Shown here: positions 56,157 to 64,000 of the stretch, piece by piece
How the letters are laid out: every line of letters starts with the position of its first letter
Position numbering within the stretch: position 1 is the stretch's first letter
Notes under the pieces: generated by a model
The model's database searches: none
Seen by the model: the letters and a program-made list of their open reading frames with translations, nothing else
Told to the model about the DNA's origin: nothing
Position numbers and translations under genes: made by a program
From: Candidatus Algichlamydia australiensis
GTDB taxonomy: Bacteria; Chlamydiota; Chlamydiia; Chlamydiales; JAJFMI01
DNA: 64,000 nucleotides
Reading direction: 5' to 3'
Assembly: GCA_033977065.1 (NCBI GenBank)
Contig: JAXCHI010000003.1
Span: forward strand, 653,145-717,144

Positions 56157-56827
56157 TGCATACACTCGATCTTGGCCAAGAGCGTTCTCTTGTGGTTATT
56201 CCGGCGCTTACTGATAACTATATCTATCTTTTGAAAGCTCCAAAAGGGGGCGTTCTCGTTGATCCAGGTGAAACAGTTGCGTTGCCAAAGGAAGCTCTTC
56301 TTGCAGTCCTACTCACACATCGCCATAGTGATCATGTAAATGGCGCCCAAAGTTACAAACTTCCCATCATAGGTCCTGAGGAGGTTCCGTTCATTACAGA
56401 AAAAGCAAAACAAAAATTTACCTTGGGCGATTTTGTGTTTGAAACGATCCATACCCCAGGGCACACTCTCGGTCACAACTGCTACTATTTACCGAAAGAA
56501 AAACTTCTCTTTGCCGGTGATACTCTTTTTGGTGCAGGTTGTGGCAAGCTGTTTGAAGGGAGTGCAGAGACTCTCTACAGCTCTTTGCAAAAGCTCAAGC
56601 AGTTGCCCGATGAAACGCGTATCTGCTCAGGTCACGAATATACCGAAAAAAATCTTCGTTTTGCTCAAACTCTTTTTCCAGAAAATTGCGATATTACCAA
56701 AAGATTAAAAAACCTTACACTTCCTGAGCTTCCTACCTTAGAAACTGAAAAGCGTACAAACCCTTTCATGTTAGCAAGAAATGCAGAGGAGTTTGCCCAA
56801 TTTCGCAAACTTCGCGATCAGCTGTAA
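56156..56827 (+). CDS. gloB: Hydroxyacylglutathione hydrolase (glyoxalase II)
   Basis: DNYIYL, THRHSDHVNG, TPGHTLGH, GDTLFGAGCG, GHEYT..N, EKRTNPF. Confidence 0.92.
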   Translation: MHTLDLGQERSLVVIPALTDNYIYLLKAPKGGVLVDPGETVALPKEALLAVLLTHRHSDHVNGAQSYKLPIIGPEEVPFITEKAKQKFTLGDFVFETIHTPGHTLGHNCYYLPKEKLLFAGDTLFGAGCGKLFEGSAETLYSSLQKLKQLPDETRICSGHEYTEKNLRFAQTLFPENCDITKRLKNLTLPELPTLETEKRTNPFMLARNAEEFAQFRKLRDQL

Positions 56828-58062
56828 ATTTTGATCTTATTTCTTAACGTGCGGACATGAATGCCTAAAATTTTGGAGGCGTGTGTCCGATTGCCATTAC
56901 AGTGATCCAAAATTTTCAAAATGTACTCTTTTTCTAGTTCATGTAGGGGAATAAAAGAGGTAGGTTCTAGTGGCAAGACTTTCATTTTTTCAAGAGGTAA
57001 GTGCTCAGCTTCGATGGTATCTGCCTTGTCGAGTACTACGGTGTGCTCCATGAGATTAGCGAGCTCACGAATATTTCCTGGGAACGAGTGCTCAAGCAGG
57101 CACTCTTTTGCGCTCTCACTTAAAATTTTCAGCTCTTTTCCATTTTTTTCACAAGCTTTTCTAATAAAATGCTCTGCTAAAGGAAGAATGTCTTCTGCGC
57201 GCTCGCGAAGGGGAGGGAGATGAATGGGTACTACGTTCAGGCGGTAGTAGAGATCTTCACGAAAAATATCTTCGCAAATTGCCTCTTTCATATTGCGGTT
57301 TGACGTCGAAATCAAGCGGACATCGACCTGCTGTGAGCGCATGCCACCTAACCTTTCAAATTCGCCCTCTTGTACAACTCGTAGTAGCTTCGATTGTAAA
57401 CTTAAAGGAAGTTCAGAAATCTCATCTAAAAGTAGAGTTCCTTTGTCGGCAAGTTCAAACCGTCCTAGCCTGCGAGAAAGTGCCCCTGTAAACGCCCCTT
57501 TTTCATGGCCAAAAAGCTCAGACTCAATTAGGTTTTCAGGTAGAGCGGCGCAATTTAATTTGATAAATGAGCTATTTTTTCTAGGGGATTGGGCATGAAT
57601 AAATGCTGCGAGCAGCTCTTTTCCTGTGCCTGATTCTCCGCTAATAAAAACGTTGGCGTGCGATTGTGCAATCTTCCTGGCATCAGCAAGCAGGCTCTGC
57701 ATTATACGGCTTTTTGCAATGATTTTAGCGCCACCATTGGGTTTTTTTAGCTCTTCAAGGCGTTGAATAGCATCCTCGATAGATTGGCGCAAACCTTTGG
57801 GTTTTAAGCATTTTAATAGCAGATCCCACAATAAGAAAAGGCTCTCAGGGGAGCTCTTCTTACCCTCTTTGACAAATTCCTTTTGCTCCTCTGCTGCAAA
57901 CTTCTGATCACAGACAACTAAATCAAAGTTCTCTTTTTTCAGTAACAAAAGAGCCTCGTTAATTTTTCTTTCATAGTGGAGATCAAAAGAGCGATCTTTT
58001 AAGATTGCGCTGAGAGGGTGCAGTTTTTCCCATTCGGGGCTGACGATGAGAGCTTTAAGCAT
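56818..58062 (-). CDS. Sigma54-dependent activator (AtoC/CtcC-like) with atypical receiver domain
   Basis: [48 protein letters not shown], Fis-type HTH. Confidence 0.93.
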   Translation of the reverse strand: MLKALIVSPEWEKLHPLSAILKDRSFDLHYERKINEALLLLKKENFDLVVCDQKFAAEEQKEFVKEGKKSSPESLFLLWDLLLKCLKPKGLRQSIEDAIQRLEELKKPNGGAKIIAKSRIMQSLLADARKIAQSHANVFISGESGTGKELLAAFIHAQSPRKNSSFIKLNCAALPENLIESELFGHEKGAFTGALSRRLGRFELADKGTLLLDEISELPLSLQSKLLRVVQEGEFERLGGMRSQQVDVRLISTSNRNMKEAICEDIFREDLYYRLNVVPIHLPPLRERAEDILPLAEHFIRKACEKNGKELKILSESAKECLLEHSFPGNIRELANLMEHTVVLDKADTIEAEHLPLEKMKVLPLEPTSFIPLHELEKEYILKILDHCNGNRTHASKILGIHVRTLRNKIKIYS

Positions 58063-58119
58063 AATTAATTATTTATAATATTCTAAATTAATAAATATAT
58101 TTAATTACATTTAATTTCA

Positions 58120-58887
58120 ATGAGAAGAAACTTAATTATATTAGCTATGTTAACCGCTTGTCAGCAAGCTCCTTCAAAGTCGACCGGAACCCCGATCTCT
58201 CGATCTCTAGATGGGCATAGCCTCTCCTTAAACAACCCGCCGCATCGCACTCGCGCACCTTACACATGGGAGGAGCGCTATTTAGGTAATTTTCCAAAAA
58301 TTACAAAAGAGTATTTCCGGTGTAAGGGAAATTCACGACACCCCATCGATGTAGGGCGTAATTTGCGTGGTGATGCCATCTGCCTAGCTGATTGTGGGGG
58401 GAGTGATCAGCACTCTTTACCTGTTCAAGAGGGTAAGGAGCATATATATCCTATTCTTATGGCTCTTCTCAATCACCTGCAGACAACACTAAACAGACGC
58501 GTTATTGTTACATGCGGACATCGCTGCCCGTCTCACAATTCTTATGCCGATCGGGTTGGAAAGATCCAGAGCTCGAAACATCTTATTGCAGCAGAAGTGG
58601 ATTTTTACCTGCAAGGTCTTGAGTATGAACCTGAACTTGTGGTGGAGCAGCTCCTTAATTATTATAAAGAAGATGAGCCATCTTATCAGAACTTCACTCA
58701 CCCACAGCCGAATATCTGGCAAAACAGAGAGATTAAAATCAAAACCCACGCGAAAGATGAGGATCGCGATCTCGACAATCAACACGCCTACCCTTATCTT
58801 ACAGTTGAATTGCTCTATGATCGTGATACAAATAGACGTGTGAATTACTCTTGGCAAAAAGCATTTAATGGGTATATGCGCTGGTAG
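58120..58887 (+). CDS. Chlamydial lipoprotein with peptidase-M15-like motif (CT465-like)
   Basis: Lipobox LTAC; PKITKEYFRCKG; VTCGHRCP.HN...SSKH...AEVDF. Confidence 0.75.
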   Translation: MRRNLIILAMLTACQQAPSKSTGTPISRSLDGHSLSLNNPPHRTRAPYTWEERYLGNFPKITKEYFRCKGNSRHPIDVGRNLRGDAICLADCGGSDQHSLPVQEGKEHIYPILMALLNHLQTTLNRRVIVTCGHRCPSHNSYADRVGKIQSSKHLIAAEVDFYLQGLEYEPELVVEQLLNYYKEDEPSYQNFTHPQPNIWQNREIKIKTHAKDEDRDLDNQHAYPYLTVELLYDRDTNRRVNYSWQKAFNGYMRW

Positions 58888-59516
58888 TGCAGGACTCCTT
58901 TTAAGCGTCTATCTTGGAGCTGAGGGTGGTTATTTTCGCAAACCAAAATGGGCTTAACACCTGCTGCTTGCAGTGAGAGAATCCCTTTTAAAGTATCTTC
59001 AAATCCGACAGGCTTCTCTCCACCAAATTTTTCTAAAGCAACGAGATATCCATCTGGCGCAGGTTTGGCCTCTTGATAATTTTCTCTTGTTATCCACTCT
59101 ATCTGACGGATAAATGGGAGATGATTTGCAATGATCTCCAAATCAGCTCGGTTGCTATTTGTAACAATGCAGGAGCGCAAATTTCGTATCTTAAGTTCCT
59201 GGATTAACTCTGTGACGCCCGGCATTAATTTTACAGGACCAAGTTTCACTAATTCTTGGTAGTGCGCAATTTTTGTTTCTCGAACTTTTTCCCAGCTAGG
59301 TTCTGCTTTTTGGAGGCTAGGAAAATCCTTAAAAACAGCTTCGCTAAATACTTGCGTTCCCATGTGGGCAAAAAGGCAGTATTTACAAAAATCCCAATCG
59401 AAGTCGACCCCATAATCTCTTAAAGCCAAATTGTATGCTTTGAAGTGCAGAGGCTCCGTGTTGACGAACAAACCATCAAAATCAAAAAGAAAAAGATCGT
59501 GATCAAATAAATTCAT
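58845..59516 (-). CDS. HAD-superfamily phosphatase
   Basis: FDFDGLFVNTE, VTNS, KPAPDGY, GFEDT.KG. Confidence 0.92.
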   Translation of the reverse strand: MNLFDHDLFLFDFDGLFVNTEPLHFKAYNLALRDYGVDFDWDFCKYCLFAHMGTQVFSEAVFKDFPSLQKAEPSWEKVRETKIAHYQELVKLGPVKLMPGVTELIQELKIRNLRSCIVTNSNRADLEIIANHLPFIRQIEWITRENYQEAKPAPDGYLVALEKFGGEKPVGFEDTLKGILSLQAAGVKPILVCENNHPQLQDRRLKGVLHYQRIYPLNAFCQE

Positions 59517-59526
59517 AGAATATACT

Positions 59527-59578
59527 ACTCAAGTTGCTCCCCTTTTTTCCTCTGAAGAGATTGGGTGGCAACTTAAGT
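59527..59578. repeat. Short hairpin element (CAAGTTG family) just 3' of tRNA-Leu(CAA)
   Basis: ACTCAAGTTGCT...GGCAACTTAAGT. Confidence 0.65.
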
Positions 59579-59580
59579 TA

Positions 59581-59663
59581 TACCGATGACTGGACTCGAA
59601 CCAGCACCCCATTGCTGAGAGTAGATTTTGAATCTACCGCGTCTACCATTCCGCCACATCGGC
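59581..59663 (-). tRNA. tRNA-Leu(CAA)
   Basis: Minus strand GCCGATG/CATCGGT; GTAGA-TTCAAAA-TCTAC; GGTTCGAGTCC. Confidence 0.97.
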
Positions 59664-59750
59664 ATGAGCTTTGATTATATCTAGCGCATTCAAAAAGCGC
59701 AAACGCTCTAGAAAATTCTTTGCAATGAAGAAATACATCTGATATGGTGT

Positions 59751-60215
59751 ATGTCTATGTTGAAGATCGGATTGTTTGAAAAGCTGATTCAAGAAATTTT
59801 TCCTCTCAAGCCAATCGGATTTATTTTTATAAAATATGGTCTATTTGGAACAGTAGCTTCAATCATTATTTTTGTGAAAATTATTGCGATCTACTTGGAC
59901 ACTTCAAGTAAACAGACCCAAAAAGGGATAGAACAAAACAGCTATTTTCAAAGTATATCTGTAATTCTTGTGATACTCATCTTTATACCTCTGACATATA
60001 TCATACAAGAGGCCATCACTCAGCTCCATACCGCTCAGCTTGCGCAAGCATTTTGGCTGAGCGCTCAAATTTTAGCAGGCGTAAGCTTATACAAAACTCT
60101 GCGATATAAAAACGCGCAAAAGGGGATCTTTTGGCATACAACAATCATAATATCAGCTTGGAGTTGTTGGCTGTTTTTATTAACTAAGGTTGGCTCACTC
60201 ATTGGGAGAGCTTAA
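59751..60215 (+). CDS. Hypothetical 4-TM protein
   Basis: Four hydrophobic segments. Confidence 0.55.
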   Translation: MSMLKIGLFEKLIQEIFPLKPIGFIFIKYGLFGTVASIIIFVKIIAIYLDTSSKQTQKGIEQNSYFQSISVILVILIFIPLTYIIQEAITQLHTAQLAQAFWLSAQILAGVSLYKTLRYKNAQKGIFWHTTIIISAWSCWLFLLTKVGSLIGRA

Positions 60216-60569
60216 TTTCTCATCAATTGCAGAATTGATCCATAAATTTTTGGAGCCAGGGTTCTGCTTAGACTGTTTTAAGCCTTGCAGGTGTTCGTCC
60301 AAAAGCGTTGAGACCCTACGATCAATCTTTAAACGCACTTGTTTCAATTTTTTAACCTGACCGCCATCTTGAATGTTCTTCATTTCGCGCTCAAGTTGCT
60401 CGATAATCGCAGAATGAATCAAATTTTGCTTGGAATATTTTTTTTTTGCACTCGCATTCAACTCAGCAATCGCCCTTTCCAAACGATCTGCAAGTGGGGG
60501 AGATAGCCTAAGATTGTAGTAGACATACTTTTTCCCTACCTTTGCATCAGTACCGTCGTCGCTCATCAT
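60195..60569 (-). CDS. Putative tandem ribbon-helix-helix DNA-binding protein
   Basis: Two similar units: YNLRL...SKQNLIHSAIIEQL and VRLKI...SKNLWINSAIDEKL. Confidence 0.6.
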   Translation of the reverse strand: MMSDDGTDAKVGKKYVYYNLRLSPPLADRLERAIAELNASAKKKYSKQNLIHSAIIEQLEREMKNIQDGGQVKKLKQVRLKIDRRVSTLLDEHLQGLKQSKQNPGSKNLWINSAIDEKLSSPNE

Positions 60570-60673
60570 AAACTCTAAATTATGATTACACGTTAACAGA
60601 ATACAAAGTTTTAATGAACATTTTTTTTGTTTTGAAAGAGTAATAAATTAACTAAACCTTATACGGTGTATTA

Positions 60674-61252
60674 TTAGTTTAGAAGATCTACTTTAGAATA
60701 AAACTCACGGTATTGTGCGAAGACTTCGTTATTGTTGACGATTAAAATAAGGGGTTCCAGAAAGTTTGGAAGCATATTTGGGGCGCAACTTTTCTTAAAA
60801 ATTTGGCAAGCAAGCAGGCCGATAAAGAGATCATGTGAGACAGAGACAGAAGAGCAGTTTTTTTCGAGCAAGCATTCGAGCATCTTCTTGCAGCCTACTT
60901 CAGCGCTATAAAAGCCTTCTAATTCTTTTCCCTCGAGCAGTTGGTCGACAATTTCTTCGCAACTGAACTGTTGAAACACTTCTTGAACACTCCCATAATT
61001 TTTTATCATAGCCAAACCACCAAGCAAATCGCATTCGACTACTGGAAGTACTTTTTCCATACCTACAATCAAACCGTCAGCAGTCTGTTTACAGCGTCGC
61101 ACAGGGCTAGACCAAATACCTTCGATGCCCTCGCTCTTCAAAACCTGACCAAAAGCTCTTGCTGCTATTTTGCCCTCATCAGTAATTGAAACGCCTCTGC
61201 TCCAATCATCTAGCGGGCGATGAGCGTGTCGAATAAAATAGTGTTTTTTCAT
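60674..61252 (-). CDS. Histidine phosphatase family protein
   Basis: FIRHA, ITDEG...A..FG, WSSPVRRCKQTA, VSHD. Confidence 0.88.
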   Translation of the reverse strand: MKKHYFIRHAHRPLDDWSRGVSITDEGKIAARAFGQVLKSEGIEGIWSSPVRRCKQTADGLIVGMEKVLPVVECDLLGGLAMIKNYGSVQEVFQQFSCEEIVDQLLEGKELEGFYSAEVGCKKMLECLLEKNCSSVSVSHDLFIGLLACQIFKKSCAPNMLPNFLEPLILIVNNNEVFAQYREFYSKVDLLN

Positions 61253-61307
61253 AAGTCTATCTCCTCAAACTAATAATTATGACGTATCAATTTAAAAACA
61301 GCAAATC

Positions 61308-61472
61308 TAGATAGTGTCGTCAAAAGGCTATAATCAGATTATTTTTCATGTTTGCAGCTTATTTTTGTGCGGAAATTGAAGCTGAATTTGTAAATTCCGC
61401 TTCATTTGAGCACAAAAATGGAGCCCAAACATGAAAAATAAGATGGTTGTATGCTTTTGACGACGCTATCTA
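61308..61472 (+). mobile_element. 165-bp palindromic MITE-like element, copy 3
   Basis: Appears identical to copy 1; TA at both ends. Confidence 0.92.
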
Positions 61473-61580
61473 GTTTCTCGTACGGAGAGGAAATGAAATA
61501 ACAATTTGAGTTTTTAACTCGGTTTTTCCTATTTTTCTTATTTCTTATCTATATGAAAACCAATGTGTTGAGGTAATTTG

Positions 61581-61669
61581 TTTACGCAAGATAGCAAAAA
61601 TGCTATCTTGCGTAAAATAAATAGATCCTATAAACTTACGCAAAAGAGGAAAAATGCTCTTTTACGTAA
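61581..61669. promoter_or_regulatory. Two inverted-repeat pairs upstream of the ATPase gene
   Basis: Perfect 16-bp IR TTTACGCAAGATAGCA/TGCTATCTTGCGTAAA, then TTACGCAAAAGAG/CTCTTTTACGTAA. Confidence 0.75.
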
Positions 61670-61672
61670 AAA

Positions 61673-63097
61673 ATGAAAAAGCCACTATTTATAGGACGAG
61701 ATCAGCATCTTGCTAAATTAAATAAATTATTTAAAAGGAAGTCGGCGAGCCTTGTTGTTGTGCGCGGAAGGCGTCGCATCGGTAAGAGTCGTTTAATAGA
61801 CGAGTTTTGCAAAGATCATAAAACGTTGCGCTTTACAGGGCTTGCTCCAACAGAAAAAACAACAAAACAAAACCAAAGGGAAGAGTTTGCAAGACAGTTA
61901 GAAGAGGTCCTTGATTTTCCTGGTCTCCGGGCAGACGATTGGGGTGATCTCTTTTCTTTGCTTGCAAAGCAGACTCGTAAAGGTCCTATTGTAATTGTTT
62001 TTGATGAAATTTCCTGGATGGGGAGCTTGGATCCTACTTTTATGGGAAAGTTGAAAATTCTTTGGGATACGGAATTTTCTAAAAATCCTGAATTGATTTT
62101 TATCTTATGCGGATCCGTCTCATCTTGGATAGAAAAAAACATTATTAGTAGCACAAGCTTTTTCGGGAGAATTTGTCAAAAAATCCAATTAGAAGAGTTA
62201 ACTTTACATGAGTGTAATGAGCTCTTAAATGCAAATCAATTTAAAGGATCAGTACTTGAAAAATTGATGCTGCTTGGAATTACTGGTGGTGTTCCGTGGT
62301 ATCTGGAATTAATTGATCCAGAGCTTTCCGCAGATGAAAATATTAAAGAGCTCTGTTTTAAGAAGGATGGCATTCTGTTTGACGAATTCCGGCGAATTTT
62401 TCACGATCTTTTTGGAAAAAGAAGCCACATATACCAGAAAATTGTTCGTATTATTGCAGATGGTCCCTGTGAGTATAAGGAAATTGCTGCGAAGTTAAAC
62501 TACCCTAGTGGAGGCCCTCTAAGTGATTATTTGAATGATCTTGTTCTCTCAGGGTACGTAGAAAAAAATCATACTTGGTCGATAAAGACAGGCAGAGAAA
62601 GTAAGCTTTTTCATTATCGACTTTGTGATCACTACTTAAGATTTTATTTGAAATATATTGAGCCTAATCGCAATCAAGTAGAGAAGAACCGATTTATTAC
62701 CTCTGTTATCTCATCTCTTCCTGGGTGGGGAGCTATGATGGGATTCCAATTCGAAAATCTTGTTTTGCATAACCGCAACTTAGTTTTAAAGGAATTAAAA
62801 ATTGATTATGCTGATATCATTTATGATAATCCCTTTTTTCAACGTAAAACATCAAAGCAGAGTGGGTGCCAAATAGATTATCTCATTCAAACTCGTTACA
62901 ATACGCTATATGTTTGTGAAATAAAATTTTCTAAAAACCCGGTGAGTCCAAAAGTCTTTAGTGAGATTAAAGAAAAAATCACCCGTATACAAGTCCCTAA
63001 AGGATTTTCATGCATTCCTGTATTGATTCACATCAATGGTTGTAGTGAATCGCTAGAAGGAATCAGGACAGTTGATTTTGGCGATTTGGTTGTTTGA
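61673..63097 (+). CDS. Archaeal-type AAA ATPase with wHTH and C-terminal PD-(D/E)XK domain
   Basis: FIGR..L, GRRRIGKS, IVFDEI, ILCGS, TGGVPWYL, QIDYLI...YVCEIKF. Confidence 0.9.
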   Translation: MKKPLFIGRDQHLAKLNKLFKRKSASLVVVRGRRRIGKSRLIDEFCKDHKTLRFTGLAPTEKTTKQNQREEFARQLEEVLDFPGLRADDWGDLFSLLAKQTRKGPIVIVFDEISWMGSLDPTFMGKLKILWDTEFSKNPELIFILCGSVSSWIEKNIISSTSFFGRICQKIQLEELTLHECNELLNANQFKGSVLEKLMLLGITGGVPWYLELIDPELSADENIKELCFKKDGILFDEFRRIFHDLFGKRSHIYQKIVRIIADGPCEYKEIAAKLNYPSGGPLSDYLNDLVLSGYVEKNHTWSIKTGRESKLFHYRLCDHYLRFYLKYIEPNRNQVEKNRFITSVISSLPGWGAMMGFQFENLVLHNRNLVLKELKIDYADIIYDNPFFQRKTSKQSGCQIDYLIQTRYNTLYVCEIKFSKNPVSPKVFSEIKEKITRIQVPKGFSCIPVLIHINGCSESLEGIRTVDFGDLVV

Positions 63098-63134
63098 CGA
63101 GAAATCTTAATTATTACATACTACTTCTTTCATT

Positions 63135-64000
63135 ATGAAAGATATACGTGAACATTGGAGCTCTCGCTTCGGCTTTGTTATGGCTGCTCTCGGCTCTGCT
63201 GTTGGGCTGGGAATTCTTTGGAAATTTCCTTATACAGTTGGCGAAAATGGGGGAGGCCTCTTTCTTCTTACTTATTTGGTCTGTTTGATCATTGTCGGAT
63301 TGCCACTTTTTATTTCAGAATTGATTTTGGGAAGAGCAAGCCAGCGCGCAGCTGTCGGGGCGTTTGAGGTTTTAGAGCCGAAGCGTTTGGGCTGGCGCTC
63401 TGCTGGCTGGCTTGGAGTGCTCGCCTCGTTTTTAATCATGTCTTTTTACAGTGTGATTGCAGGCTACGGTTTGAGTTATGTTTTAATGTCGCTTGGCGGT
63501 GCTTTTGATGGCAAAAGTGCGCCAGAAGTTGTCGCGGTTTATGAGGAGCTGAGCTCTTCAGGTTGGATCTCTCTTAGTTGGCATGCAATTTTTACTTTTA
63601 TCTCTGTTGCTGTTGTTTTAATGGGGGTACGCAAAGGAATCGAGCGCTGGTCGAAACTGGTCACTCGCGCTCTGCTTTTAATTTTATTTGGACTTTTCAT
63701 TTACGGGCTGACTCTGCCTGGCTTTGGTGATGCGGTTCAATTTATTTTTGGTGTTGGCGGTACGCAGTTCACTTGGTCGGGGGCAATTGAAGCTCTCGGG
63801 TTAGCTTTTTGGACAATGAGCATTGGCCAAGGGATTATGATCAGCTACGGTAGCTATATGAAGCGCGACACAAGTGTTGTGCAGATGGGAGGAATTGTCG
63901 CTTTAGGTGTCATTGTGGTTGCTATTTTAGCAGCATTGACGATCTTTCCCGTTGTTTTTACCTTTGATTTTCGGCCCGAAGCAGGTCCCGGTCTGATTTC
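63135..64000 (+). CDS. Sodium-dependent transporter (NSS/SNF family), partial
   Basis: MKDIREHWSSRFGFVMAALGSAVGLGILWKFPY..GENGGG.F; runs off the window. Confidence 0.95.
   Translation, partial: MKDIREHWSSRFGFVMAALGSAVGLGILWKFPYTVGENGGGLFLLTYLVCLIIVGLPLFISELILGRASQRAAVGAFEVLEPKRLGWRSAGWLGVLASFLIMSFYSVIAGYGLSYVLMSLGGAFDGKSAPEVVAVYEELSSSGWISLSWHAIFTFISVAVVLMGVRKGIERWSKLVTRALLLILFGLFIYGLTLPGFGDAVQFIFGVGGTQFTWSGAIEALGLAFWTMSIGQGIMISYGSYMKRDTSVVQMGGIVALGVIVVAILAALTIFPVVFTFDFRPEAGPGLI

Noticed and set aside
59700..61300. tRNA-anchored genomic island
   Set aside because: These genes lie 5' of tRNA-Leu(CAA); no duplicated tRNA 3' end or integrase seen.
63155..63367. 70-aa ORF
   Set aside because: Off-frame inside the NSS transporter starting at 63135.

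Overview
A 64-kb chromosomal segment from an environmental member of the Chlamydiota. The assignment is inferred from gene order recalled from Chlamydia: lptB-kdsA, khpA-rluD, nfo-rpsD-trhO, pheT-yidD-recO and ctcC-CT465-HAD. The backbone is housekeeping genes (ndk, kdsA, dapB, asnS, nfo, rpsD, pheT, recO, hpf) plus four tRNAs. Accessory content: (i) a ~4.5-kb insert at the 3' end of a Maf-like gene, bounded by direct repeats, with a divergent pair encoding a double beta-trefoil/coiled-coil protein and a 962-aa coiled-coil protein with hydrophobic hairpins (candidate two-component pore-forming toxin), followed by hicAB; (ii) a signal-peptide RHS toxin with a lipase-like tip and its immunity gene; (iii) a tandem array of paralogous membrane-anchored effector-like genes, one with 78-aa repeats; (iv) a BlaI/M56 operon with two operators; (v) several families of palindromic miniature elements, one splitting a gene and others sitting in tRNA/rpsD leaders; (vi) alternating inverted-repeat arrays ahead of Fic and ATPase genes; (vii) a candidate structured RNA in the rpsD 3' UTR. 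No CRISPR array, rRNA or transposase was seen. All family calls come from motif recognition, not database searches.
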